64,000 nucleotides of DNA from Eledone cirrhosa (Eukaryota), in NCBI GenBank assembly GCA_964016885.1, contig CAXHJY010001250.1, positions 1 through 64,000 of the forward strand, written 5' to 3'. Positions within the stretch are counted from its first letter, which is position 1; the number at the start of each line of letters is the position of its first letter. Under the pieces are notes generated by a model. It saw only the letters and a list, made by a program, of their open reading frames with translations, searched no databases and was not told the DNA's origin. Positions 25,461 through 39,959 of this stretch are shown piece by piece. Position numbers and translations under genes: made by a program.

Positions 25461-28400
25461 CTACAGACGTATATTCAGAGTGGTCCCGTTCACTTGGACC
25501 ATTCTCGCTACATTCACCCACCTTTCAACAAACTTGTTAGAAGGCAGCACTTGCCTCTCCACACTGATTTTCCTCTTCAAGTGAAACTTGAAAAAGTTAA
25601 TGAGGGATTCGCCGAAGAGGAAAGTTTCTGTCTTTAACCCTTTTAACTTTGTCCACCACACGATCTCTTTCGCCATGGCCACGAGGCAGATGAAAACCGC
25701 CTGCCCTTCCTCCTCGAAGGAAGACGTCGAGACCATCTGCACAATGGTCTCAGCCGACAATCGGATCAGTTCTACAGGGGACAGCAACTGTTCGACATAG
25801 CTCCACATGTCAGCAATGCTCGGGAAATGAATGAGGGCGTGCACGACGGTTTGTTCGCTCTGCGCGCATCTCGGACATGCTCGGCTGACAGCACTTCCGT
25901 GCCTGTAGAGCTTATCTCGAACCGGCAGCGCTCCTCGGTAGCACTGCCAGGCCAGGGAGTTTTGGAAGTTATCCATAGGCCCCGGGCTGAAAGTTCTCCA
26001 AATAGAGCAAACAGCTGATCTTCTTCGACGCCCAGGATCTCTCCGAGAATGTCGTCGCTCTTCCCATCCACTAGTCCTCTATAGAACGCCGAGGTGGATG
26101 TTTCACCGATACAGGTGCCCAGCTGGCAGAGGGCAGTGAGCACCTGGAGACATTACAGTTTCCAAGCGCTATCTCTCGGTCTTTTTCTGACCCAGGACTG
26201 CAGCTCCGTCAAGGAGACGAGCTGTGGGAAAACGTACATGGCGAACGGCGACCGCACCTGTTCACCATTAAAGAAGCACCAGATATGTCGCAGCCTCAGC
26301 GCATGTTTGCGCATCATCAGCCATGGCATGCCCAGTCCTCCACGCAACGGGTGTTGACAGCAGATGGATCGTCTGACCATGGGAGCGCGTCCCTTCCACA
26401 AAAAGCGGAAGAGGAGGCCCTCCATTTTTGTGAGCGTTGTGCTGGAGGAAGGGACGACAGTGAGGCGGTAGCAGATGACGGATGCGATGTACGCATTCAC
26501 CACCTCCACCCGGCCTTTCAGGGACAGCTTCCTCTCGGCCCATTTCTGGGTGAGCGAGGCCACCCTGCTCGTCACCTCGTTCCAGTTTTTCTCCATTTGG
26601 AGGTCCGGCCCGAACCAGACCCCGAGCAATTTAACCGGTCCGTCCGTCCATCTCCCCAAGATGCTGTCGGACAGCATGGACTTGCCTTTCCTGTGCCGAG
26701 CTGCAAGCCCACCGACTTTTCCTGGTTTATATTTGCTCCTGTCACCGCTTCGTATTCCTTGAGAGCGGAGCCGAGCATCTGGACGTGTCTGGTGCTCGAC
26801 ACTACCACGGTGTAATCGTCAGCGTAAGCCGACTCGGATTTCCCGCATCCTAGTTCGCGTGTGACGCCCCTCATCGCCCCCAGAGAGCCAATACGTACAA
26901 GATAGACGAGAGGGGACAACCCTGGCGGACAGAGCGAATGATGCTGAACGGCTGCGACAGGTGACCGTTCACCCTCACAACTGAGCAGATGTCGCTGTAC
27001 ATTGCAGCGATCCAAAGCCTGAAAACGGGCCTGAAACCGGCTGCCTCGAGGACCGCCGCCAGGTACCGATGGTCGACCCTATCGAATGCTTTGGATTGAT
27101 CCAAGTTGATCAGGGCCCACCCACCCGTACCAGGATCCTTAACCACCCTCTCTATGATGTATCGCATGAGGTGGAGGTTGTCGTGTATGGATCTGTCCGG
27201 AATGGTGCATGTCTGCGCCTCTCCCACCAGACCCTTGACAAAAAGCGCCAACCTCGTTGCTAACACCTTGGCCAACATCTTGAACTCTGCGTTTAGCTGG
27301 GTTATGGGCCTGAAATTATCGATAACATCCCCCTTGTTCGTGTCTTTCCTCAGCAGCGCCACTGCTCCCCGGCTGACAAAACTGGGAATGCTCCCGTTCT
27401 GCTGCCAGTTGCAGTAGACGTCTGCCAAGATGTCACCGAACAAGTCTGGCATAAATGCATAAAGCTCGTAGGGCAGACCATCCAAACCTGGCGATTTACC
27501 CTTTGTGCAGTTAGCCATCGCTTCCCGTATTTCACCGGCTGTTATTGGATTTTCCCAACACTGTGCTGCGGTCGTCGAGAGCCGAGGCAGTCCGTCGAGG
27601 TATGCACTGAAGTCCATGTCACGATCCAGGCCGCCGCCGCTCCCGAACAGTTCAGTAAAGTGCTGCTGAAAAGCTTCACACTTCCGCTCGGGTTCGAGCA
27701 TCACGCACCCGTTTTGGTCAGACAAAGACCGAATTGTGGCTTTGTTGCCACGTCGCGCCTCTTCGACCCGGGCCCATTGGACGGCTTTTGTCCCACGTGT
27801 TTCAGAGCACGCGCTCTGACAACGCAGCCTTCGTGTTTTGCGTTGAAGGATTGGTCGAGTGCCAATCTCGCTGCAAGCACGTCGGTTGCGATGCTTGTCC
27901 TAAACGCTTCTTCTAGCTTCCTCACTAGCTCTGCCTATACTCTATTTTCCTGTAACACCACTCCTTTTCTAAACCTAATCGACTCTACTTTAATTGCCCT
28001 TTTCAGGGCGAACCACCACCTGTTGTTGACGATCGCTCCCGTCAACGCCAGCTTAACTAATACGCTAATCCGGTCTCTGTAGGCTTTTCGCGCCGCGAAA
28101 AACGCGTTCAGCTTCCAGTAACCAGGCCCTTGTCTATGAAGTCTGTCTATGTCGATCTTACAGATCACAAATTTGTGGTCTGTGTAGTCGATTATTTTAA
28201 ATTGTGCACAGCTTATACTAGCCTTATCTAGTTCTCTGCAGAATACCCTATCGAGATACGATCTGGATGACCCGATGCGGTTTGTCCATGTCCAGATTGG
28301 CGCATTCGGGTGATCCAGTCGATACCTGTCAGACAATTCAACACGTCTGAGCAGGTTGCTGAGGCTCGTGCACTCTCCTCCCCTGTCCACTAGCCCCACA

Positions 28401-28855
28401 CGATCCCAGCGTGCATCCAAGATGCCGTTCCAGTCGCCCACTAACACTAAAGAGTGGGACGTTCCAAGAAAGGTCTCTAGACGTCTGAGGAAATCTGGCC
28501 GTCCTGCCCCTGTTGGGGCGTAGACGGCTACTAGCCTGAAAACATTGCCTTCGCTGCCGGTCACGTCCAGCAACACCGACTTACCTTCTGGGTCTAGGAA
28601 GATAGCCCGTATCACGAGATCCAATCCGCTCTGAAAAAGGACGGCGACCCAACCCCCCGAACCTGGACGGCTGGGAGATGCGTATACATCGTAGCCGCCG
28701 AAGATCGGTGCGAAGGCTTGTGCTTCGGAGATTCTGGTTTCACTGATGGCCACCACATCTATGTTTAGTGACCTGAGGTTGTTGAGCAGGTGACCCTGCT
28801 TCCAAGATCACCCCAGGCCACGTGCATTTATACTGCCTATTCTGAGTACGGCCAT
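25461..28855 (-). pseudogene. LINE ORF2 (AP endonuclease + reverse transcriptase), frameshifted and with stops
   Basis: MAVLRIGSINARGLG*, ISETR, VYAP, GDWN, YLDR, YTDH (endonuclease); KSPGLDG, NFRPI, DQSKAFDRV, RQGCPLS, AYADD (RT); CPRC near the C-terminus. Confidence 0.9.
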
Positions 28856-28892
28856 GTTGGATGAGAAACGGGGCAAGTGAGAAAGGGTCACT

Positions 28893-30810
28893 TACCTTGT
28901 TTGTGTGGTGAAGGGACAGTAGAACCGTCCCTTTCGCTGGTAATGGGTGTTTCTAAGAGGATTTCAGTGTATATCCTCTTGGTAACCGTCCCTCTGAAGT
29001 CTACAACTGCGTTGGGGAATTTTTGTTTTAAAGGTTTGTACTGTTCTATTGAGATTTCGATGATGCTTATGTTTGTCGGGAGAGTTCTTGGTGTTGGTGG
29101 GGTGTAGTAGTTTTTTTTCTGTGCTGTCTGTGTGCTGCTTTATATATTGTACGAGTTCTTTTTTTGCCATGTTTATGGCTGTGTACGTTTTGGGGGTAGG
29201 GGTGATTTTGTTGCTGTTTTCTTCTTGTTGCTGTTTGGTGTGTGTGTCTTGTTGTGTTTGCGTTGTTGTTGTTTTTGGTGATGCTAGTGATGGTGTGGTT
29301 GTTGTTGTCAGTGGTGCTTGTGGTGGTGATGGTGGTGGTGTTGCTGCAAGTTTCCTTGCTGCCTTTACCCCTCTTTGTATGCCTTCGCTATTGGAGGGTG
29401 AATCTAAGGTTTTTTTCTTTTTTCTTTTTTGTGGCAGACCGTTTGCCACTTCACTCCCGCCTCAAACTCCATGTCGGATTCTGTGGCGTCTGGGAGTGGT
29501 ATGTGCTCCACTGCTGTTGGTGGTGGTAGTGGAGCCTTCTTCGGAAATGTTCTTGCTGGTGTAGCTACTTCAAATGTAGCTATTGGTGTTGCCGCCACTG
29601 ATGATGATGCTTTAGTTGTCCGTGGCCTTGGTACGGGTGCTACGGATGTTGCCCTCCTACTCACCGTGGAAGGGGCTTCTTCGTTTGTTGCCTGACCTGC
29701 TCTTGGTAGCAGCGGACCAGGTATTGGAAGGAGAGGGGCCTTCTTCGCTGTCTTCTGCGGGCAAAAGGCCCTGAGGTGACCCTTCGACCCACAGAGATAA
29801 CATTTTGGCCGTCTTCCTTCTACACTTATAGGGAGTTGGAGTCCTTCCTCGATGTCTATGATATCGGGGATAGCGTCGATACATTGCTGGTCAGTTTGTA
29901 TAAGCATGTGCATGCCTATACCTGACCAGTTCTCTCTCCCTATTTTTTCTACTTGCAGCATGGTCGTCCTGTTCTCGATTCCAACAAGAACAGACGCGGC
30001 CAGCCAAGGTATGGGCATGTCGGGTGGGACCTGGGTCACTCTGATCCTCACAATTTTCTGCCCGCATTAGGAGGGCTCCAAGACTATCTCCTCACTCTTT
30101 AGGGTTTCCAAAGTGAGACTTTGCTTCCTGAGGGGTGGCGAAAAGTACGTCTACTGTGGCGTACTTTCTGCCTCGGGTGATGTGGGTTTTGCGTGCCCAG
30201 ACGCACCCCAAGGCCTTTTGGATTTGAGCTTCCGTAGCTCTCTCCACTCGATGTGAGATTATGCTTACGGTGCGGTAATTCATCGTCCGTAGCTGCTGGT
30301 CCTTGAAAAAATCGGGTGGATGTTTCAGGGAAACTCTATTTGCGCTTCTTGTCGCCATGGCCATTGTGACTGCCATATCCTCCTCTGTGACTAACACTGT
30401 CTCGATATTTCGGGCGACACCTGCAAAAGAAGTGCTCCCTTTTTCAGCAGCACCACTATTGCTGCCGCTACTGGTCTTACTGGTGGTGCTGAGATCGCTA
30501 TTACAGGTATCGGTGTCATTGTTGTTGTTTTCGTTGGTTCAGTTGTTGGTGTTGTTGTTGTTGTTTTCGTTGATACTGTTGCTGTTGTTACTGTTATTGT
30601 GGCTGTTGTTATTATTGTTGTTTTTGTTGATACTGTTCCTACTATTATTGTTGTTGTGGCTGTTGTTATGTCATTGTTATTGTCGTTCTCGACCTTACCG
30701 CTGTTATTTTTGTTATTGTCGTTCTCGACTTTACCGCTGTTATTTTTGTTGTTGCTGTTGTTATTGTTGGTGTTATTGTTGGTGAACAATAATGGTAAAC
30801 AAATGCACAT
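28893..30810 (-). pseudogene. LINE ORF1 (gag-like, zinc knuckle), fragmented
   Basis: CYLCGSKGHLRAFC = CX2CX4HX4C, with low-complexity T/N/Q/P flanks, upstream of ORF2. Confidence 0.75.
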
Positions 30811-31112
30811 TGATGGCTCAATTTTATATATTTGTCAGGACCACTTTATATTCATTTTCTGATTATTTTATGAAAAAACAAAAGCTTTTAATGCCTTCCT
30901 ATAGCTTTTGGTCTGCTAGATATGATGCCGGCATTACGTAGCGATAGTCAGGAGGAAAACAAAATAGAAGGATGGCGGGAGAAAAATTTGTGTTTTAAAA
31001 GTTTGTGATAAAATCGTAAATTGGGTAAAATAGAAATGAAATGAAAAACAATTCTATTAAAAAGAAGTAAAGAAAAAGCAAGTCTCCATTGATTTTCTCT
31101 TGTGTTTATGTT

Positions 31113-31298
<186 letters not shown>

Positions 31299-31449
31299 GT
31301 GTGTGTGTGTGTGTGTGTGCGTGTGTGTGTGTGTATTGGGGGAAGTCTATGTGTGTTTGGCAAGTTGTCTACTCTGTTTAGACGTTATTTAGACACTTTT
31401 ATTAATATATCTAAGGAAGCGAAAATAGTGTGTTTTTGAATCAAATATC

Positions 31450-31514
<65 letters not shown>

Positions 31515-31851
31515 ATATAAGAATATATGTATGAGTGTGTGTGTAAATAAAAGCACACAACTTTTTTCAGAACAGTACGAATGTAAGTTATATTTCATTC
31601 CTTTCTGTTTAACTGGAGTTGTTTTTGGTTTAGAATTTCAAACAGAAATATTTTTTAAATATTTTGAATAGTATTTTTTTATGGAGGAAACCGTAATTCA
31701 GTAGTCTACGTTTTTATATTTTCACTATATTTCTTAGGATTTTTTATTTCCTTTTTTTTGTGTTAACTATTTTTGTTTACGCAATGGAAATTTAAAATGA
31801 AGAGGAAAATAAGAATATTATTTAGAAAAGATATAATATATGTATGTGTGA

Positions 31852-31944
<93 letters not shown>

Positions 31945-32889
31945 CGCGCGCGTGTGCATGTATGTACATGCGTATGTGTCTATGTATGTGTGTGTATTTT
32001 CGTGAGTGTGTGCGTCTTTGTTTACTTTTGTGTCCGTGTTTATATCCAGCAACCTTATGTTTCAGCCTAAAAATGTTCGATTAAATAATTAGCAGATATT
32101 ACAAGTAGTCGATATGATCGACTAAATTTCGGCGTAGACGTAGAATGCCCGATGTGTAATGATTAAAACCAGTAAAGTTCGAATCTCCCAAAATGCAGTA
32201 TAGATGTTTATTAAAGTGAAAGAGAAGATTTAACATTAGACATAGACCTATAATTTATAGATCAACGCAGCGGAAGGGCACTAAGAAAGCAGTAAATAAT
32301 GTCGCAATAATACCGACATCCATTTTGTGCAGCCTTTCAAAAAAAATATATATATATTTTTATTTATTTATTTATTTATTTATTTATTGTAATTGCTAAC
32401 TGTTGTCATTCTCGTGTTCGAATATTTCATTCGCAGTTATGACGTCTTTTATTTTCTACGACGATTTCTAGCAAGATGATTTACTACCAAGAGGATGCCA
32501 CATTGGTTCTTATTCATTGTGTTTATAAACACACTATCATTAATTTATTTTTGTTTAAGTAGCATCTATATCCTACTTTCGTCTGCTGTTGTTGAATAGA
32601 TATTCATTTTCATAAAGCGATTGTTCTTTGAAAAGCAACACCTACGATATATTTTTCTACGTTACCTGTTATCACAATTGAGAACACTATCTTTCCTACC
32701 ACTTCAATAGCGCATGTCATTAGTGATAATGTCAACATTAGTGATAATGTCAACTCCCGTATTACTAGCAATATCACTATTATTGCAACACAAAATAATA
32801 ATAATAATAATTGTTTCTGATTTAGGCACAAGGCCAACAATTATTTTTTGAGGGGGTGAAAGTCAATGAAATCGACCCCAGTAATCGGA

Positions 32890-33348
32890 CACTTGGCGAG
32901 TATGTGCAAGACAGTTTCGGCACCTTGCGTGCATTTCGGACAGGTCCGGCTGACGGTATTTCTTTGCTTATAGAGTTTATGTCAAACTGGCAAGTCCTCT
33001 CTGTATCAAGGTTAGAATTTCTCGAAGTTTTCCATGTACCCCAGAAAAAAAGTCGTTTAGAAATTATTGGCTTGTTGATTCTCGTAAACACCAGAATCTC
33101 CTTAAGAATATCTAAACCTTCATGGGAAGTCTAGGTGAAGTTTCCTCCGATCGCACTTTCCGATTGACTGAGGGATGTGAGTGCTTAAAGACATACCAAG
33201 CGCTTCCTCCTGGACTTCGCTTGACCCAGGACTGCAGCTCTTTCAAGGAGATGAGCTGTAAAAAACTGCGTCTCGTAAACGGTGACCACATCAGTTCACA
33301 GTAGAGGTCAAGCTGGAGATGCCAATTCTCCACAAAGCGGGTGTTGGC
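32890..33348 (-). mobile_element. Degraded Tx1/L1-like LINE fragment
   Basis: QLISLKELQSWVKRSP and CQHPLCGEL resemble 26153-26677. Confidence 0.7.
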
Positions 33349-33493
33349 AGAAGAAGAAGAAGAAGAAGAAGAAGAAGAAGAAGAAGAAGAAGAAGAAGAA
33401 GAAGAAGAAGAAGAAGAAGAAGAAGAAGAAGAAGAAGAAGAAGAAGAAGAAGAAGAAGAAGAAGAAGAAGAAGAAGAAGAAGAAGAAGAAGAG
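33349..33493 (+). repeat. (GAA)n microsatellite
   Basis: Direct observation. Confidence 0.95.
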
Positions 33494-33844
33494 GAGTAGC
33501 ACGATGTATGTGAGAATGATATCCCCTGCCTTGTGCTGTTGTTGTGTGTGTATGATTAGAGCACTATCTCTGTAACAATGATAAGCTGTAAATTATATCC
33601 AATGTGGTGTGTTAAGTGGCTTACTAATGTATACAGTGAATTTATTTAGCCTGAGGGTCAGGAAGACACTCGGTATACAACAGGAACAATACTGAAGGAA
33701 AATAAAAAAAAAAACAATAAACATAACAATAATAATGGTTTCTACTTTAGGCACAAGTCCATCAATTTGGTGGGAGGGAAAATTCGAATAAATCGATTCC
33801 AGTTAATGACTGGTACTTTACTTTATCGACTAGAAACATTGCGC

Positions 33845-34640
33845 CTTCTCATTACCTCCACACAACACCCAACCCCATCATCACCGCCACCATCATCATA
33901 TTCTTCGTCACAATCATTACCTCCACTATACCAATATCATCTGTCATCCACACATACATCATTCCCCTCACCATCACTACACCACAGATCACAATCCTAG
34001 CCATTGTCGTTATCTTCAACCCAACTTCATTCCGCTTCCATACAGCCTACAGCACCCTACGGACCCATTCCCTCACCATAACCTTACAGCACCAACGCTA
34101 ATATAATTTATATCGCCTCCATTATCATCATTAGAAGGACCTTCATTACTAACCTTTCTATTAACAGTCATTCTATAGAGCCTCCTTCATCGCCCCGCCT
34201 CCAATATCATTACCCTCATCACTGCCCACGCCACCAAATTAGCCGCTACAATAAAATTCTCGTTGTCAATTTCATCCTCATTGTTGTTACAAGACCCTCA
34301 CCACCCCACCACCCCAAAACCCACCACACCCTTAATACCACCGCCCCCACAAACATCACTACTACCATGATCACAACCACCACCAGCAACACTATTACTA
34401 CGTCACAACAAACGCACCAATGCCACGACCACCACAACCGATGTTAACACACCAATACCGCCATCACCACATGTAAAGAACAACTACCGCCTTCAACATC
34501 ACCACCTTCAACACAATATAACAACTACACCGACGCCAACTCGCCCACATCACGATCGCCAGTAACACTCTCATCACTTCCCACACCATATTTCCAACAC
34601 TACCATCATCAACCTTATAACAATCAACATTATCAAACTG
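33845..34640 (+). repeat. CAC/ACC/CAT-rich low-complexity tract
   Basis: Degenerate trinucleotide composition. A complementary-type tract lies at 63690-64000. Confidence 0.7.
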
Positions 34641-34939
34641 AATCCACTCTTTATAAGACGCGATACGTACGAACAATGCTATGACATCATGTTTACTCTT
34701 CTTAAACTGCAATGTAACATTCACTCTCTACTTAAACATATCGTACAAATCATGGAGGGTTTACAACAAGTATCTTTATTCATATATTTTAATTACTACT
34801 TTTTTTTTCTTCGGCTCGGATCACCTTTGTCTCCGAGGAGGCTTTTATGAAAACGTATCTTTGCAGCTTAAGCATGCATTGGTTGTTTGACATATATATA
34901 TGTGCTTGTATGTGTGTGTATGTGTGTGTGTATGTGGGG

Positions 34940-34986
<47 letters not shown>

Positions 34987-35634
34987 TGTGTGTGTGTGTG
35001 CGTGTGCGTGCCTGTTTCTATGCGTGTGTGTGTATCTTTATGTGTGTGAATGCATGTTTGTGTGACGCTTACAGCTTAATCCCAAACACAATTGTGGTTA
35101 AATATAATAGAATATACTTCATGATATGTAATAATTGTCTGAGATGCTGTTAATGCAATGACAGATGCCGCAAACATGAGATCCATCCATCCGCGTAGGC
35201 GTGTGTCTGTCTGTAAAAGAATGCAAGGCATTGTGCATCAAAATGCAGACATGAGATATAGTTAACAACATACTGTTATTAGGTCATTGGTGACTCTCAA
35301 TTCTAAGGACATTCTTCAATGAACAGGGACAGACAAGGACGGAAGGGAGAGAGTATGTGAGACAAAGAGAGACAAAAGATAAACTTCCATTGAAGGGGGG
35401 AGAGAGAGTAAAAGAGAGAGAAACAGACAGAAAGAGAGACAGACAGAGAGAAAGACAGAGACAAAGAAAGGGAGAGAGGGAAATAGAGAGAGGGAAAGAG
35501 AGAGGGTGAGGATATATATATGTATATATATATATATCCATCCATATATTTTAAAGTGATTAATATAGTGCAAAATTTCTCATAACGACGTGATTTAAAA
35601 GGGATATCTATCTATTTATCTATACATCCATACG

Positions 35635-35740
<106 letters not shown>

Positions 35741-36037
35741 GTTTAACGCTGGAGATAACAAGGAACTAATTAGATTTTAGATACGTTGTATCAATAGGTA
35801 ACCTGCACGGATATACATATTCTTCACTATCAAGTTAAGTTATCTTTTCTTGTTGGTTTTGTCTTGTACCATTATTTTAATACAAACTGTATATTTTAAT
35901 CATTTTTTCTAATTATGTTTTCCAATATTCATATATTTTCCAATATTCATCCATGTTAATTTAACTTGCAGCAGCTTTTTCTAGACGTTTCTTTGTTTTC
36001 CATATTTCATTTAATTCAAAATATAACAACCACGCTT

Positions 36038-36677
<640 letters not shown>

Positions 36678-37045
36678 CTACAGATTGTGTGTGTATCTAT
36701 TTGTACGGTGATGATAAAACATGTGCCTTTTCAAGATGTTTGGTATTATAAAGCAGCATATTCTAAATTATATTCCTTGAGGTTATCCAAGTTTTCCTGT
36801 TTTTATATATTAGGCTTGTACATATTTATACAGACATTTTATTTTTCAATTAGATATTTTAAGTAGTTCAATAAAACAGGAAATATAATTACACTTGTTT
36901 AATTGCACTTGTTTAAGTAGTTGAATAAAATATGAAATCCGTAGGCTAGAAAAAACTCGACGAAAATGTATGAGAATCGTTAACTGGGTATGCTACAGTA
37001 CCTCATAAATATAGCACACACACAAAATAAATTCTCTACATGTAA

Positions 37046-37114
<69 letters not shown>

Positions 37115-37360
37115 CATATATATATATACAAATATATAATTATACATGTCTGTGAGTTTAATATGATCATATTGGGGACACACAGTTCTGTTTCGATCTC
37201 GTTCCTCGAACATACTCTCGCTATTAACAATTTACATCTACTGTGGCAACCGGTTGTGCAAATATCTGTGAGTACAGTTTAAACGTTGGAAAATATACAT
37301 TCACACGCACACACACACACACACATACACTCACACATACACACACACCCACACACACAT

Positions 37361-37479
<119 letters not shown>

Positions 37480-38380
37480 GGAACTACCAGAGCTCATCAC
37501 TCTCCGAGTTTGTACACAGTCGATTTCTTCACAAGAATGATGAAAGGTAATGAGAGAAAGAGGTATACGAGACAAATCACCGTCAGTACTGAGCTGGTAA
37601 TTTTTGTATCGATCTCGAGATTTGAACTCAGAGCTCAGAGAACCGGAATTTTCTAACTACTTTGCAAATTCTCTGCCATACATTACATCAGACAACACAA
37701 AAGAAAACTATATTGCAAACCACTAGTGAAATACACATCTATACTTTACATACGCATCCTCCTACACAATATAAAATATGATTAATGATGTAAGCAATAT
37801 TCTGTCCATATAACAAAGCCAGAAGAGCAAACATACACGAGTCACAAATAAAAATAAATATTTATCTAATGGTGCTTTAGCCAAAATTCAAATTTCAGCA
37901 CTATGTTGAGACCAATCAAATTGGCAGGGTCCATTATAAAGAGGCTGCAGTACATCTGATGGCGTAGCCTTCTAAATATAACGTGCGAATCTTCGTCAAA
38001 ACATAACTTAACATCTTAATAAAGGACACAGTGGATAAAGTTGTTCTAGGTGCGTGTGTGCATGTGTCACTATCTTTTAGATTTTGACCTTTAAACACTT
38101 CTCATTTGATATGCTTTAAGCAGAAAACGTTTAGTTCATGTTAAGGCACACAATAACAGCAATAAAAGTCGGACTATATATATAATTATACAAAGAGGGT
38201 GTAGTAAGATACGAGGTTCGAATATAGCTGTCGAAACGGCCGGAACTTGGCCATCGGTATCCTGACTCGTTTTCTATATATATAATGTGGAAATAATGCG
38301 GAAATAAATGTTTTGCTATCATTCTGTGAGAAAATCCCTTTAGCATTTTCTACCGTTTTTTTTTCTTTTATACTATTATG

Positions 38381-38475
<95 letters not shown>

Positions 38476-39170
38476 CATCCTCTTTGAGAAATAAAGATAT
38501 ATAGTCGCTAAAAGATTGCAATGGTTATGCCTTTATCCAGTTGTCACAAGTGGATACCAGAAGGAAAAAGTGTACCTAATAGTGGACCATGAAAAGCCAG
38601 ACATTCTCTGGTTGTATAAATGCTGATGAGTACTATTCTGGCTGGCCCTACTGTCAGAAAGAGCAACAATCACGAAGATACCCAATCCACATCTGCTAAA
38701 CAAGAATTAAAACGTTGCAAGCTGCATGTTAAATATTTCAAAGTATCGTTTATTTTAATTGACCAAAGTACATAAATATTGCCTTTAAATACATACATAT
38801 CCAGATACAAACAAACTGGAACACGCTAAAAAACGTACAGTTACACACATACATATAAGTATGCATGAAATACGTATATGTATGTATATATACAGATATG
38901 TACATATACATATATGAATATATATATATATATATATATAAAATTTCAAGTTATCAATAATGTAGTGATAATATATCGTCACGTTAGAGATGAACAGCAT
39001 ACATGTAGGTTTGCTCAACAAGTATAAATTATATTCCGGAGAAAATGTAGAAAAGATGAATATAAAATGAAAGTGCTTTTATAAAGAAATTTATTAGGTA
39101 TTGACATATTTTTCTGTAACAGACAGAATACCTATGTATCGCTGATTGCGTAATCATATCATGTTAGCAA

Positions 39171-39299
39171 GTGTTACAATCGTTTCGCCGGCGGACAGTT
39201 CAAGACACGATCATTGTGTGGATCTGTCTGATTCAGAAACAGACAGATCCACACAATGATCGTGTCTCGAGCTGTCCGCCGGCAAAACGATTGTAACAC
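39171..39299. repeat. Near-perfect 129 bp hairpin with a degenerate hammerhead-like 3' half
   Basis: gtgttacaatcgtttcgccggcggacag... pairs with ...ctgtccgccggcaaaacgattgtaacac. Confidence 0.85.
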
Positions 39300-39422
39300 A
39301 CAATAAATTGAGTTCAGATGCATCACTGATTTTTCGCTTTATATTATATCATACTCTAGTCTGTAAGAGCATAGAGTGCTCAACTGGCATACCGCCTATG
39401 GAAGCATCTTAGCTACCATCAG

Positions 39423-39489
<67 letters not shown>

Positions 39490-39901
39490 TGTGTGTGTGC
39501 ATATACCTACATACACACACTTGTATTCCTTTGTTCTTTTGTTTTAGTCATTAGTCCCGTGCCATAAGAGGCATCACTCATTGTCCTTGACGTCATATCA
39601 ATTAATGTTTCGTTTTTCGTCTCTTACTCCACTAGAGGGCTTTTGGATTATGTCAGACGTTGTAACACCAGGTGGACCAGCAGTACCGTTGGTGGGGGTC
39701 GAAGCTGCCAAAGTCTATCTCAACGGCCGATGACCCTCGTGTTCTGTGTCTTTCGTTTGTGCGTTTATTTTTAGAATATTTTTTTTTTAGATTCCGGTTA
39801 AACAATTGTTTTTCGTTTTACCTTTTTTCCGTTCGTTGACTTGTCCTCTCTTTATTCATTTAAGTTTATATAAATACCAACACACACACACACACACACA
39901 C

Positions 39902-39959
<58 letters not shown>

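Larger units (their letters stand above)
25153..30830 (-). mobile_element. Tx1/L1-clade non-LTR retrotransposon, near full length, disrupted
   Basis: ORF1 with CCHC knuckle; ORF2 with APE, RT and C-terminal Cys motif; 3' UTR with AATAAA near 25160. 5' boundary approximate. Confidence 0.9.

Noticed and set aside
28890-28899. AAG|GTAAGT splice-donor-like site at the LINE ORF1/ORF2 boundary
   Set aside because: It overlaps the probable ORF1 stop codon, and there is no evidence of use.
24272-30862. Plus-strand ORFs overlapping the Tx1-like LINE (likewise 44856-49949 for the R4 copies)
   Set aside because: Antisense shadows of real minus-strand retrotransposon frames.
38185-38270. GAAAcggcc...ggccATC hammerhead-like 3' half
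   Set aside because: No CUGANGA core upstream; too degenerate to call.
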